Translations under genes and position numbers: made by a program
Source: Octopus bimaculoides
Lineage: Eukaryota
Length of the DNA: 64,000 bases
Direction of reading: 5' to 3'
Assembly: GCF_001194135.2 (NCBI RefSeq)
Contig: NC_068993.1
Coordinates: forward strand, 30,286,794-30,350,793
Shown: one piece after another, positions 40,627 to 52,600 of the stretch
Position numbering within the stretch: position 1 is the first letter of the stretch
Layout: every line of letters begins with the position of its first letter
Notes under the pieces: model-generated
The model's input: only the letters and a program-made list of their open reading frames with translations
Databases searched by the model: none
What the model was told of the DNA's origin: nothing

Positions 40627-40705
40627 TCACTGTCTGGAATCGAACTCGGAAACTAGGGGTTAGTAGCCCGCGCTCTTAACCACTACGCCATATGTCCGTG
40701 GGCAA
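40530..40705 (-). mobile_element. Short tRNA-derived SINE with (TAA)n tail
   Basis: Minus strand tggcgtagtggttaag (A box) ... gagttcgattcc (B box) followed by (taa)n; no acceptor stem. Confidence 0.75.
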
Positions 40706-40789
40706 TTATGCTTGAAATTTTGCGGGTAGGGCGTTACTCGATACCGTCGACTTCATTACTTGATTGGTACTTTATCTTATCGATCCTGA

Positions 40790-40988
40790 GGCATAAGGCC
40801 TGAAATTTGGTGAAGGAATATAGTCGAATACATCGACCCCAGTCTTACACTAGTACTTATTTTATTGATTCCAAAAGGATGAAAAACAAAGTCGACCTCG
40901 GTGGAATATGAACTTAGAATGTAACGTCTGACGAAATACCGCTAAGCATTTCACCCGACGTGCTAACGACTGCTGTTAGCTCGCCGCC

Positions 40989-40990
<2 letters not shown>
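40790..40990 (-). mobile_element. SINE family A copy
   Basis: Reverse complement ending gtgctaacga...agctcgccgcctt. Confidence 0.85.
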
Positions 40991-41044
<54 letters not shown>

Positions 41045-41046
<2 letters not shown>

Positions 41047-41444
41047 ACTAGGAATCAATGAACTAGATAGGATACAACACACACAAATGAAAGAGAAAAT
41101 AAAGAAAGAATACTATAGACGAGTTAGATCAACACTGAAAACAGAGCTCAATGCTAAAAACAAGTTAATAGGTATAAACACTTTAGCCGTCCCAGTTATA
41201 AGTTACAGCTACAATATCCTTAACTGGACCCAAAATCTGACATAGAAAGGCTATATATACAACGTACAGAAGGTGGTAGAGGCCTTATACAGCTGGAAAG
41301 CTATTATAAAATAACCACCATAGGACTGCAAAAATACCTACTTCAGAAGCAAGGAAAACTAATACAAATAGCCACAAAACACGAGCAAAACAAAAAACTG
41401 TTTTCAGTATTTAAGGAAGCTGACATATACAAACAAGAAATCAT
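41045..41444 (+). mobile_element. R4/Dong-like LINE fragment (post-RT), runs into gap
   Basis: KEKIKKEYYRRVRSTLKTELNAKNKLIGINTLAVPVISYSYNILNW; DIERLYIQRTEGGRGLIQLE. Confidence 0.8.
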
Positions 41445-42467
41445 NNNNNNNNNNNNNNNNNNNNNNNNNNNNNNNNNNNNNNNNNNNNNNNNNNNNNNNN
41501 NNNNNNNNNNNNNNNNNNNNNNNNNNNNNNNNNNNNNNNNNNNNNNNNNNNNNNNNNNNNNNNNNNNNNNNNNNNNNNNNNNNNNNNNNNNNNNNNNNNN
41601 NNNNNNNNNNNNNNNNNNNNNNNNNNNNNNNNNNNNNNNNNNNNNNNNNNNNNNNNNNNNNNNNNNNNNNNNNNNNNNNNNNNNNNNNNNNNNNNNNNNN
41701 NNNNNNNNNNNNNNNNNNNNNNNNNNNNNNNNNNNNNNNNNNNNNNNNNNNNNNNNNNNNNNNNNNNNNNNNNNNNNNNNNNNNNNNNNNNNNNNNNNNN
41801 NNNNNNNNNNNNNNNNNNNNNNNNNNNNNNNNNNNNNNNNNNNNNNNNNNNNNNNNNNNNNNNNNNNNNNNNNNNNNNNNNNNNNNNNNNNNNNNNNNNN
41901 NNNNNNNNNNNNNNNNNNNNNNNNNNNNNNNNNNNNNNNNNNNNNNNNNNNNNNNNNNNNNNNNNNNNNNNNNNNNNNNNNNNNNNNNNNNNNNNNNNNN
42001 NNNNNNNNNNNNNNNNNNNNNNNNNNNNNNNNNNNNNNNNNNNNNNNNNNNNNNNNNNNNNNNNNNNNNNNNNNNNNNNNNNNNNNNNNNNNNNNNNNNN
42101 NNNNNNNNNNNNNNNNNNNNNNNNNNNNNNNNNNNNNNNNNNNNNNNNNNNNNNNNNNNNNNNNNNNNNNNNNNNNNNNNNNNNNNNNNNNNNNNNNNNN
42201 NNNNNNNNNNNNNNNNNNNNNNNNNNNNNNNNNNNNNNNNNNNNNNNNNNNNNNNNNNNNNNNNNNNNNNNNNNNNNNNNNNNNNNNNNNNNNNNNNNNN
42301 NNNNNNNNNNNNNNTTCAATACAGTAACCATAAGAGCATCACAGCAAACCACAGCACATACCCAAGGCACACAGAGCTGCCCTCGGTAGTGAAGTGAAAG
42401 CACGCTATAAAAATAAAACTACTGAGTAATAATAATAATAATGATAATAATAACAATAATAATAATG

Positions 42468-42519
<52 letters not shown>

Positions 42520-42529
42520 TAATAATCCT

Positions 42530-42670
42530 TTCTACTGAATGCACAAGGTCTGATTTTTGTGGGGAAGGGACTAATTAACTGCACCTATCCCAGTGTTTCA
42601 CTGGTACTTAATTTATCCACCTCGAAAGGATGAGAGGTAAAGTCAACCTCGGTGGAATTTGAACTCAGAA
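42530..42670 (-). mobile_element. SINE family A partial copy
   Basis: ctggtacttaatttatc...gaaaggatga.aggtaaagtcaacctcgg.ggaatttgaactcagaa. Confidence 0.8.
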
Positions 42671-42677
42671 TATAAAT

Positions 42678-42838
42678 ATGCCTCCATCCATCCATCCATC
42701 CATCCATCCATCAATTCTCCTACCCGTCCATCCATCCATCCATCCATCCGTCCGTCCGTCCGTCCGTCCGTCCGTTCGTCCGTCCGTCCGTCCGTCTGTC
42801 AGTTCGTCCATCTGTCTGTCCGTCTGTCCGTTCGTCCG

Positions 42839-42901
<63 letters not shown>

Positions 42902-42928
42902 GTCTGTCTGTCTGTCTGTCTGTCTGAC

Positions 42929-42960
<32 letters not shown>

Positions 42961-42985
42961 CGTGCGTCCGTCCGTCTGTCCGTCC

Positions 42986-43046
<61 letters not shown>

Positions 43047-43063
43047 TCTTTTCTATCTATCTA
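42678..43063. repeat. Compound tetranucleotide microsatellite (CCAT/TCCG/TCTA/TCTG) abutting the exon acceptor
   Basis: Direct inspection. Confidence 0.95.
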
Positions 43064-43066
43064 CAG

Positions 43067-43293
43067 GATTATTCAATAAGCACATTTATCACACAAGAGT
43101 GGACAGATGAAAGACTCAAGTTTTTCGGATTGATCGAAGCGAAATACTTCGAATTAGACGTAAAATTGATCGAGAAAATCTGGGTTCCTGATCTTTACTT
43201 TCCAAACGAAAAGAAAGCCCATTTCCATGAAGTAACAGTGCCTAATCGAATGTTACATATATATGACGACGGGTCGATAACATATAGAGCAAG
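43067..43293 (+). CDS. Cys-loop LGIC exon, loops D/A/E ([17 protein letters not shown]...[39 protein letters not shown])
   Basis: ctacag acceptor, AG|gtatgt donor; 227 nt; WxPDxxFxNEK loop A signature of GlyR/GABA-A/GluCl-type subunits; phase 0 start matches previous exon. Confidence 0.93.
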
Positions 43294-43332
43294 GTATGTA
43301 ACTGAAAATTGATATGTAGCTGAAAATGAATA

Positions 43333-43556
43333 CAGTAATCCCTCGACTACCGCGGGTGTTACGTTCCAAACCCCACGCGATAGGTCAAACTCCGTGAAGT
43401 GGAAGCAGTACTGTACTGTATATATTTTTAAAAATCATTTTTATAATTTGTATATATTTACTTTATTATAAATGCAAAACAACACGGTGGAGGAATCGAA
43501 GTGGCCTTAAATAATAAACCGCGATAGGTGAACCGCGATATGGCGAGGGAATGCTG
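43333..43556. mobile_element. Tigger/pogo-like MITE
   Basis: TA|cagtaatccctcgac ... ggcgagggaatgctg|TA: imperfect TIRs and TA target duplication. Confidence 0.82.
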
Positions 43557-44539
43557 TAGTCTCAATAAAAGAATAAACAATTAAGTAAACAAAAGTATAA
43601 TCTTGAACTAGAATATCATACTGTTGTTTACCTCAATTATGTAATTTCATAATACCTTGTATTGTATAATGTAATATGACAATTTGTATGTATGTATCTA
43701 TAGTTATTTAGTTAAAAGTGAAGAAACTATAGGATAGATCTCTTTATCATGACGTACGTGCAGAACCTGGTAATAGAATGAATATTGCATGTGCTTCCAT
43801 TGTAGCATTATTATACGTGAATAGATACATCACAATATATATAAAATAACTAGATTGAAACGGAAAAACCCCATAACCATATTTTTCTTTTGTGGAATAT
43901 AAACTCGAAATTCTGAATGAACAGATGTAGATTTGGAAAAAAAAAATGCGATTTATATATGAGCGTATTTGGAGGTTTATTAGTTGAGTAGCATGGAAAG
44001 ATACACATTAACTAGAGTGAAACGCGCAAATCTTGGTTTGGCCCAACGGTAAGAAGTGAGCTGCATCGTCAATAGGATGTGTGTATGTATGTGTGTATGT
44101 ATGTATGTATGTATGTATGTATGTATGTGTGTATGTATGTGTGTGTGTTCGTGTGTGTATGCGTTGTAGTTTGCTTGAAGCAAAGCACTACATAAGTGAA
44201 TATGTATGTATTTATAAGAGTGCATGCAAGTAAATCTTCTTGGTTTAATAGCCTTTCTTTAATGACTTGTAAAGGAACTGTGACAAGGCCCAGTGACAGT
44301 AAGAATATACAGCCAAAATTAAGCTTGTAAGCAGAAAGATTTTGGTCTCCTGTCGTACTAACGAACTGACCATACACTGCTGATTTTCCTTTGAAGTGGA
44401 ATGACAACAGATACAAGAGATTAGTAATTTTTGCAGCCTATTTACGACATTATTATCATGTAATTCTCGTTTATTTTCATAAAAGTCGAAACAAGTCTGT
44501 GGTTAAGAATGAAGTGTATAAGAGGCTTATCTTTTGTCT

Positions 44540-44895
44540 GTTTCATGATTGCAGCCGTGCTGGGGCATCGCCTTGAAGAACTGTTAGCCGAATGAATCGA
44601 CATCAGTACAATTTTTAAAAGCCTGGTAGTAATTGTATCGGTCTCTTTTAGCCGAATCGTTTAGTTAAGGGAACGTAAACAAACCAATACCGGTTATCAA
44701 ACGGTGGTAGGGGTCAAAGACAGAGACAGAGACAAACACACAGACACAAAGACACACACACACATGCACAACAGCTTTCTTTCAGTTCCCGTCTACCAAA
44801 TCCACTCACAAGGCTACAATGGAAAGCACTTGCCCAAGGTGTCACGCAGTGGGACTGAACACGGAACCATGTGGTTTTGAAGCAAGCTTCTTATC
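44540..44895 (-). mobile_element. SINE family B, near full length, decayed
   Basis: gcagccgtgctgggg...ttccgtctaccaaatccactcacaagg...cacttgcccaagg...gcaagcttctta. Confidence 0.82.
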
Positions 44896-45057
44896 AATAT
44901 TTATTTTTAAAATCTTCATTATTTTAATTTTGGTATTTTTCTCATTTGTATTGCTTTGTATTTCCGTGTTGTTCTTTGTCAATGGAACGCAATAAATAGC
45001 ATAAGGGTATAAAACAACGAGAAACAAAAGATGATCTTGCAGTGCTCTGCATCTTAC

Positions 45058-45170
45058 TCACCTGAAGACGTGCATGTACAAAGCTATTGCTAGATAATGT
45101 TAATGTGTAATACTTGTGTAAAATTCACCAACCAGCAGCTGATCGTGATGCGCCGAAACAATTGTAGTGA
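45058..45170 (+). ncRNA. Type I hammerhead ribozyme motif with 72-nt loop II, sense to the receptor intron
   Basis: tcac-CTGAAGA-cgtgcat[72 nt]atgcgcc-GAAAC-AATT-GTA-gtga; intact core, palindromic helix III ACAATTGT, 4-bp helix I; first helix II pair is C-C. Confidence 0.72.
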
Positions 45171-45214
45171 TTTGGAATGAAGCCAGTTCATTCAATCTTC
45201 TCATATTGATTTCA

Positions 45215-45420
45215 GATTTCAAATTTTGGCACAAAGCCTGAAATTACGTAGGAGGGGCTAAGTTGATGACATCGACCCCTGTGCTCAAATGGTATTTATT
45301 TTATCGACCTGGAAATGACGAAATGTAAGGCCGACATCCGGCAGAATTTGAATTCAAATTTGTGAAGACAGACATTTCGTCGCTAAGCATTTTGCCTGGC
45401 GTGCTAACGGTCGAACCGAC
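45215..45420 (-). mobile_element. SINE family A copy
   Basis: aaattttggcacaaagcctgaaatt...ggtatttattttatcgacc...gctaagcattttgcctggcgtgctaacg. Confidence 0.82.
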
Positions 45421-45581
45421 TAACCACCTTGATTCCATCTTCTCATATAAAAATTCTTATATATATATATATACATATATATANNNNNNNNNNNNNNNNN
45501 NNNNNNNNNNNNNNNNNNNNNNNNNNNNNNNNNNNNNNNNNNNNNNNNNNNNNNNNNNNNNNNNNNNNNNNNNNNNNNNNN

Positions 45582-45642
<61 letters not shown>

Positions 45643-46172
45643 GCGTGTGCGTGTGTAACTTAACATACATATATGCATATTAATATGCACCTGCATACGT
45701 ATATACATGCAAAACGTTTAGAAAATGAGGAGATTACTCATAGATATCAGAACAAGAATCGCTGCAGATAAATTTTCCTTTTATTGCTTAATTTGTCACA
45801 AAAATAAATCTCGATGGTTTTTGTTGGCATTATAATGCAATAATAAACACATAACACGTGGTTCAAGAATACAGCATGGAATAGAACAGAATGCGACATG
45901 AAAAGTTTCAGGTCTTAATCATCAACAATCAAAGCAAATTTTACGTGAATGTGTTTGCGAAAATGAGCTCAAGTGAGTCAACGTAATAATATATATTGTA
46001 GAAAGACATTAATGTACGCGGCTTGTATCAGTAGAATAATTTAACTTGTAGAGTTAAATGTCTAAGAGGAGATAAATTGTCATAAGCAATCATAAAAAAA
46101 TAATCGGTTAAAAGTATTTAAACTTGTGGAAATAATCCCATTATGGATAGATAAAAAAACTGATGGCTAGTC

Positions 46173-46209
<37 letters not shown>

Positions 46210-46634
46210 AGTGAAGATGGGGTCGGGTGAGACAGGGAAAGAAGGAGAGAGATAGAGAGAGAAATTTGTGAGAACAGAGCGAGCGTGGAAAGAGAAAGAA
46301 GTGAAGGACCGAGTGAGAGGAGGGAAGAAAAGAAAGAAAGATGGAAAAAGGGTAGTAAAGAAAAGGGACATAGAGAGATTAAACACGTTAGTTATAGTTA
46401 CCGTTGTGAGAAAGAGTATGGTGTCTGTTGTAGACCGATTGAAGCAAAAGAGAGCCACAACGTCACATTGCGTTTTCATTTTCTCAATCACTTGTCTCCA
46501 AAGACGACTGTCTCTCAGCTAATACCTTTTTTTTTGCTATAACACATCTCACAGCAGTGACACAAAAATGTAGACTGCAGGAAATCGCTACACACCAACA
46601 CATATAAGCATATACATAATACACACATGTATAG

Positions 46635-46698
<64 letters not shown>

Positions 46699-46820
46699 NN
46701 NNNNNNNNTATATATATATATATATAGGGGAGAATGTACGAAAAAAAAACAACAACGAACGAGGACAGGTGGTGTAAACAACAAAAGGATGTATTAGTTT
46801 GACGCTCGGGAATACAGAAA

Positions 46821-46857
46821 GTCTTTAACGTTTCGAGCTACGTTCTTCAAGAGAAAG
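46821..46857 (-). ncRNA. Degenerate minimal hammerhead motif within a PLE pLTR-like fragment (~46725-46920)
   Basis: ctttctc-TTGAAGA-acgtagctc-GAAAC-GTT-aaagac; C3 mutated, helix II weakened. Confidence 0.5.
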
Positions 46858-46989
46858 AATACGGAGAAAACAAGGAGAAAAACACGGAGAAAAAAAATTG
46901 AATGGTGTTTGGTCAGCGATTAATCATGACACACACACACACACGTAAATAATATATGTGTATATGAATACATACACACACACACACAT

Positions 46990-48070
46990 CTCTGAGCGAC
47001 TTCAGTGAACCTGTTAATACAACTTCTTTTAAAAACACTACCTGTAACAGTTTAAAACATTATTTGTAACCGTTAACTTTTATCTTTCCGAAGAATGTCT
47101 ATGTTAAATTTCTTTAAAAGTTCAAGTATTGTGCTGGCGTCCATTTTCTTGTTTCACCACTCAAAGTCCTCCTCATAATCCGTTACTCTCGAAAGATACT
47201 CCGGGTCTACCACCGCACACTGAAAGTACTCGGGTAACTCCCTAAATTCTGTTATATTCACATTATGAAGATTTTCATTTTGTCTGTTGTACAGTATATT
47301 TTTTCTTACAGGGAAAGGGTGGGGAAGTTCGGGGCTCCTGTGTGCTTGTGGTTGTCTTTGTGTCAGGCTCTACTCTTGCCAATTCTTATGGGCCGTTCTG
47401 GCGGCCTGGAGGACTACTACTTTCTCTTCCATGTCCAGCAGTATTGGCCGCTGTTAGCCAGGCTATATCAATTTCTGGGGGTATATCTTTTACCTTTACC
47501 CTGGAAGCACGTCTCCAAAGCTATATGGGTAGAAGCACCACTACATCCGTTTTTAAGGGTGTTGCCGAGTGCAGCCTAGCAATAACTACCTCCTGGAACT
47601 GCACCTCCATCGTTCCAAACTTTCTTCCTCTGGCAAGGTAAGAAATCCTTTGCCAGATTGGTTTTTATGACTTTTCAACTTGAGCGGTCGACATGATTAC
47701 AATTTTCTTTGTTGTTGGTCAGTACATCCTATGAATAATGGTTTTCTTCTTTTTTTCTTTTAAAACTTCTTTTGGGGTTCCCCTCCATTTTAAGCATCTT
47801 TGAATCTACACAACTCTTCGAGACACAGGTTTTCGCTTTTCTCATTCACCACCTCTGCATAATTCTTCACCTCCATTGCTTCGTCTATTCTCTTCAGACT
47901 TTTAACCAGCTCTTCCTCAGACGACATAAGATCTAAAGAAGAACTCAAACCCGTATTCCATTACGAAGACACTCGCCTACGACGTCGAAGAATACCGTTG
48001 CAAGACGGCAAAACACACGTGTTCCAGACAAAGGCAGCAGTTCAACAGCAATCAACAAGACGACGACCGC
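46990..48070 (-). mobile_element. Probable LINE 5' portion (ORF1 and start of an APE domain), decayed
   Basis: Minus-strand MSSEEELVKSLKRIDEAMEVKNYAEVV... then a Ser/Pro-rich tract and an N-x-R-x-W-G-V ... VVKQE endonuclease-like start; many stops. Confidence 0.4.
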
Positions 48071-48540
48071 CTACTACGTACTCTTTCTTTTATTGGCAAA
48101 CACAGTGGGGACAGCACATGGTGGGGTCAGAAGAAAAAACCTCAACTCACCTTGTCAGTTTATAAGATATCCGTTGAATTCATACGCCGATTTCAAAAAC
48201 GGTAAAAGTGAAAACTACAAATAATATGGATGACTTATTAGCAATTTAACAACCTAAACGCAAAATTATAGACGTCACTATATATACATACATACACGCA
48301 CACACACAAACACACATATACATTTAAGTGTATGTGTATATGTGTATATATATATTTGTGTGGTGCGTGAGACGTGCCTGTATATATATGCACCTCCACC
48401 ACACAAATATATATACGTATATGCACAAACACTTAAATATATATATACACGCATATACACGAGTGAGCATATAAGCACAAAACAAGGTGGAAAAATAGTA
48501 CTCGAATACCAAAGGTAGAGTAGTATACATTTGTTAAAGA

Positions 48541-48662
48541 TGCAAAATTATCACAAACTGTTACTGTTTCACGTTGCCGTTCGTCGGACTGTTGTGATGA
48601 AAACTGTCCGACGAACGGGAACGTGAAACTCTCAGTAGTAATAGTTTTGTGATAATCTTGCA
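48541..48662. repeat. Imperfect inverted repeat of a hammerhead-like pLTR segment
   Basis: gtttcacgttgccgttcgtcggac / gtccgacgaacgggaacgtgaaac (23/24) plus outer arms; each arm reads cCGACGA-acgg.aacgt-GAAAC. Confidence 0.85.
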
Positions 48663-48685
48663 GCCTTAATAAAAGTATATATATA

Positions 48686-48716
<31 letters not shown>

Positions 48717-49162
48717 NNNNNNNNNNNNNNNNNNNNNNNNNNNNNNNNNNNNNNNNNNNNNNNNNNNNNNNNNNNNNNNNNNNNNNNNNNNNNNNNNNNN
48801 NNNNNNNNNNNNNNNNNNNNNNNNNNNNNNNNNNNNNNNNNNNNNNNNNNNNNNNNNNNNNNNNNNNNNNNNNNNNNNNNNNNNNNNNNNNNNNNNNNNN
48901 NNNNNNNNNNNNNNNNNNNNNNNNNNNNNNNNNNNNNNNNNNNNNNNNNNNNNNNNNNNNNNNNNNNNNNNNNNNNNNNNNNNNNNNNNNNNNNNNNNNN
49001 NNNNNNNNNNNNNNNNNNNNNNNNNNNNNNNNNNNNNNNNNNNNNNNNNNNNNNNNNNNNNNNNNNNNNNNNNNNNNNNNNNNNNNNNNNNNNNNNNNNN
49101 NNNNNNNNNNNNNNNNNNNNNNNNNNNNNNNNNNNNNNNNNNNNNNNNNNNNNNNNNNNNNN

Positions 49163-49196
<34 letters not shown>

Positions 49197-51639
49197 CCTT
49201 TGTAATATATAACATAATCATACGGTCTACAGATTAAAAATTTTCCCTATTTCTACACTCACAGGATATTATTTGCAATATATTTTTCTTATTGAAGCTT
49301 ATATGAATGTTGTTGATTGTTTTTCCTTCCGCATGTACGTGCATATCTCCCCAAAATAAGGTATGTGATGTGTCCTGTTTTTCGATATAATAGAAGTGAG
49401 AAGCAAAGCCAGCCTATATTGAGCAACAGTAAGAGTGACGGGTAGAATCCGTGCCATAAGTGTTTTTGTGTTATCACATCCTAACATGTATTGTCACCTC
49501 CAAAAATGTCTTGCACATGCAGCATCAGGCCAATCCTGAATATTTTTTTTATTATAGTTAATGCTTTTGCTCTATTGAGTAGAATACTTCAGAACTAGTA
49601 CGCGAACTTTCTGATACCACCTCGTTAGTAATCTATAACGAATATTTAAAAGCCTTTTGAATCTATTTACATAATTGTTTTCACAGAAAAGGTCTTTTAC
49701 TAATTTCTTCGGATCTTTATATTCTGAGTTCAAATTCTGCCGAGATAATTTGTCTTTCGACTTTTCATACATCGATAGAATAATGCACTTGCCAAATATT
49801 GCCGTCAGTTTTATCGTCTAATCCCTTCAATTAGCGTTAAAGTAGCTGCGTATTCTTTAGAGACATAGATTATTAAGAGATAGTCAACAGTGTATGGGAC
49901 ATAACTACGTTAAATTACACGTCTGATCTGTCTATCGGGCTTCCGAACAGCTTTCATCTACTGAATACCTCACAAAACTTGGTCGATTCGAGGGTATGCA
50001 AAAAATACACACGTCCAAGATACCTCGAAGTTAAATCAAATTAGAACCGCGACGTTGCAAAGTGAACTTCTAAAGCTTTAGTCTATATTGAGACTAGGCT
50101 ACCTACATACATCTGTGCGAGCAAATACACATACCTACACATACCCTTGAGTGAATATACATCGGTAGTACAATTTATATAGTTCAGATGCATGAGACAA
50201 AATAGAAAACAAAAAAAAACGATAAATCCTACGCGTAGCACGGTATCACATACTGTACGTTGTAATGATAGGAAGTCTGAAAACTAAACAAAAGTTATAT
50301 TGTTCACAATAGAACCAACATTTCGTTTTTCTTTCTTGAATCGATCGTTGATAATAATTATCTTTTATAGACGTATTCTCTATTATGGAATGTCAAATGC
50401 TTTACTAACCGATATACATTCTGCATTTACGAACAGTCATTTTTTAAAAAATATAACCAGCTTCCTATAAATATCTTAACAAGCCTCAGTATAACCTTTA
50501 TCATACAAAGCTGAAATTATTAGGTCTAAGCAAAATGACTACTTGCATAACAAAGAAACTTATGACTCATAAACAGATATTGTAAAAGTTGTAGTAAGGT
50601 GAGGCTGTATCGAAGACTGCTTCATTCACTGATAATTGGGGGAGATTCGCTTACTTTTCAAAATTCAGAATTCCATTTTAAATAAGGACATTGCATCAAA
50701 ATAAAAACTGACTGGAAACTAAATTTATGGAATAAGTTGTTCAGGCTGTGGAGAAAATTATATAGGACAAATGGAGACAACATTCAGAAAACGAATAATA
50801 TTGTAGAGGGGGTAAATCTGATTGCGTAGCTACAGATAAATATCGCTTGCCTTTCAGAAATGGTGATTGATAAATAGACCAACGGTGAAGCAACGATGTT
50901 TCATAAGTCAATATGTTATCACAATAGCCTGCCGCGTTTGCTTTGTTATGCTTCATCGATAGAACCAACTTGTAGGATGAAATAATTGTCTATTACATTT
51001 TCGATTAAAGATATGATCAATAGATACATGTAACTTATAAATATGTGTGCATGTGTGCATGTGAGTGCGTGCGCGCGTGAGTTCAGGTTTCTCTGTGTTC
51101 TGTTATGCACCTCACTCTGCTTTCTGTATCTTCACAAATTCAGTGTTGCTATGCTAACCTTACGCCTTCGCAGACGTATGGTTAGCATAACCTTAACACA
51201 CACGCAGGTATTTGGTACACATGATGTATAGACATTAGCAATCAGTTATATGCTACTGCTGTGAACATCAAGCTCGGAATATTCTGAAATATCAACGTGA
51301 CACTTCAGTTTATATCGACACGACCAAAACAAATTTTTACACATATATCAAGTAAACACACCTACAACACAAACAGCCACGTCTGCATGGTCATTTGACC
51401 TGTTAGAATTAGCAGTCAAACTGCTCCCAAATTAGACCCTATTCTCAACAGATATTGTCCAAGACACTATGCCTAGAAAAAAGCAGTTGGTCATTACAGG
51501 AATACCTTTGATCTAATTTAGTAACCTACCTGGATAACCTGCGGTTTAACAACAGTAATACAGAACGTTCGGGCTAGTTTTGACAATTTTCATAAAAGGA
51601 AAAGAAAGCACTATCTCATCCAAAACTGAAGGTATTTTT

Positions 51640-52600
51640 AAAATCAAAAAAATATCAACTAGATTATTGTTGGGAAATGAGTTTTCTCAAAGTAGCTGCC
51701 AGAAGCTTCAACCACGGCTCCAGGGAAGATCTTCGAACACCTCCATGGTCTTGGCCACCCGCTCGGCCCTGATGTAGCAGGTAGAGTGGTTGGTTTCTTT
51801 TTCAACCGCGTCCGACACGTAATAATGCATGGAATTATAGTCAGTGGAATTAGGACGCCAGAAATTGTGGCTGACGTAGTCGTAGAAATTCTCCGACAAC
51901 ACTTCCTGACTATTTTTGGAAGTATGGCAAGGTGTCAAGTTGAATTGCCACACATGGACTTCCAGCAGCAACTCTTTCGAACCAGGGTTTGACCACAGTC
52001 TCCGGCTGCTTCAGTTAGTCATCTGAACTGAGCTTAAGGGCCTGTTCAAAGACACGAGGCAGCATGACTCACCCCCACTGGAAACACATCCAAAAGACAA
52101 CAACAGTCTTGCTGGCCATATCTTCGTAATGCCTGTTGCAGCTATTCATGTCATGTCTTAAAGCTTTTATAGAGTTCATAGAGCAACAGCAATGATGTCG
52201 GCATTTTGATATCTAGCAGGAATCATCATGATGCAGGTAACTCTTTTCCAATATTCAGACAGTTTCCAATTCTCCTTGTCAGTAATTTTTATACACTCCA
52301 ACTCCACTGACTGTTCATCAATACATGTAAGCTGTTCCTGAAAAAAGGAGACATAAAAAATCGTCAAGTTTAGCCTGAACCTCCTGTATCTACCCCACTA
52401 ATGAACAAAGCTAACGGATTTAAACCTTCTACCAATGATAAGCCTTACAACCATTTCCTGGTGAGCGCACACATATAACATAAGCAAGACATTTTCTTGA
52501 ACACAAAGTGTCTTATTCATGACACGAAGATACTTCAGATGTTTCTGTTCTCTAATAACTGACCACCGTGTAGCGAACACAAATCATGCACAAACCTCTG
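51640..52600 (-). mobile_element. Tc1/mariner transposase pseudogene
   Basis: TPCHTSKNSQEVLSENFYD...NFWRPNSTDYNSMHYYV (cf. WPPNSPDLNPMDY), AVEKETN...KTMEVFEDLP; N-terminal HTH-like fragment at 52398-52580. Confidence 0.82.

Noticed and set aside
40621-40705. Possible tRNA gene
   Set aside because: A and B boxes present but no acceptor stem, and a (TAA)n tail follows; treated as SINE
28804-43293. Possibility that the gene is an octopus chemotactile receptor or nAChR
   Set aside because: Motifs (INSF, QxWx[12 protein letters not shown]) and the 68-nt exon match the GlyR/GABA-A/GluCl branch, not the nAChR WxPDIxLYN type
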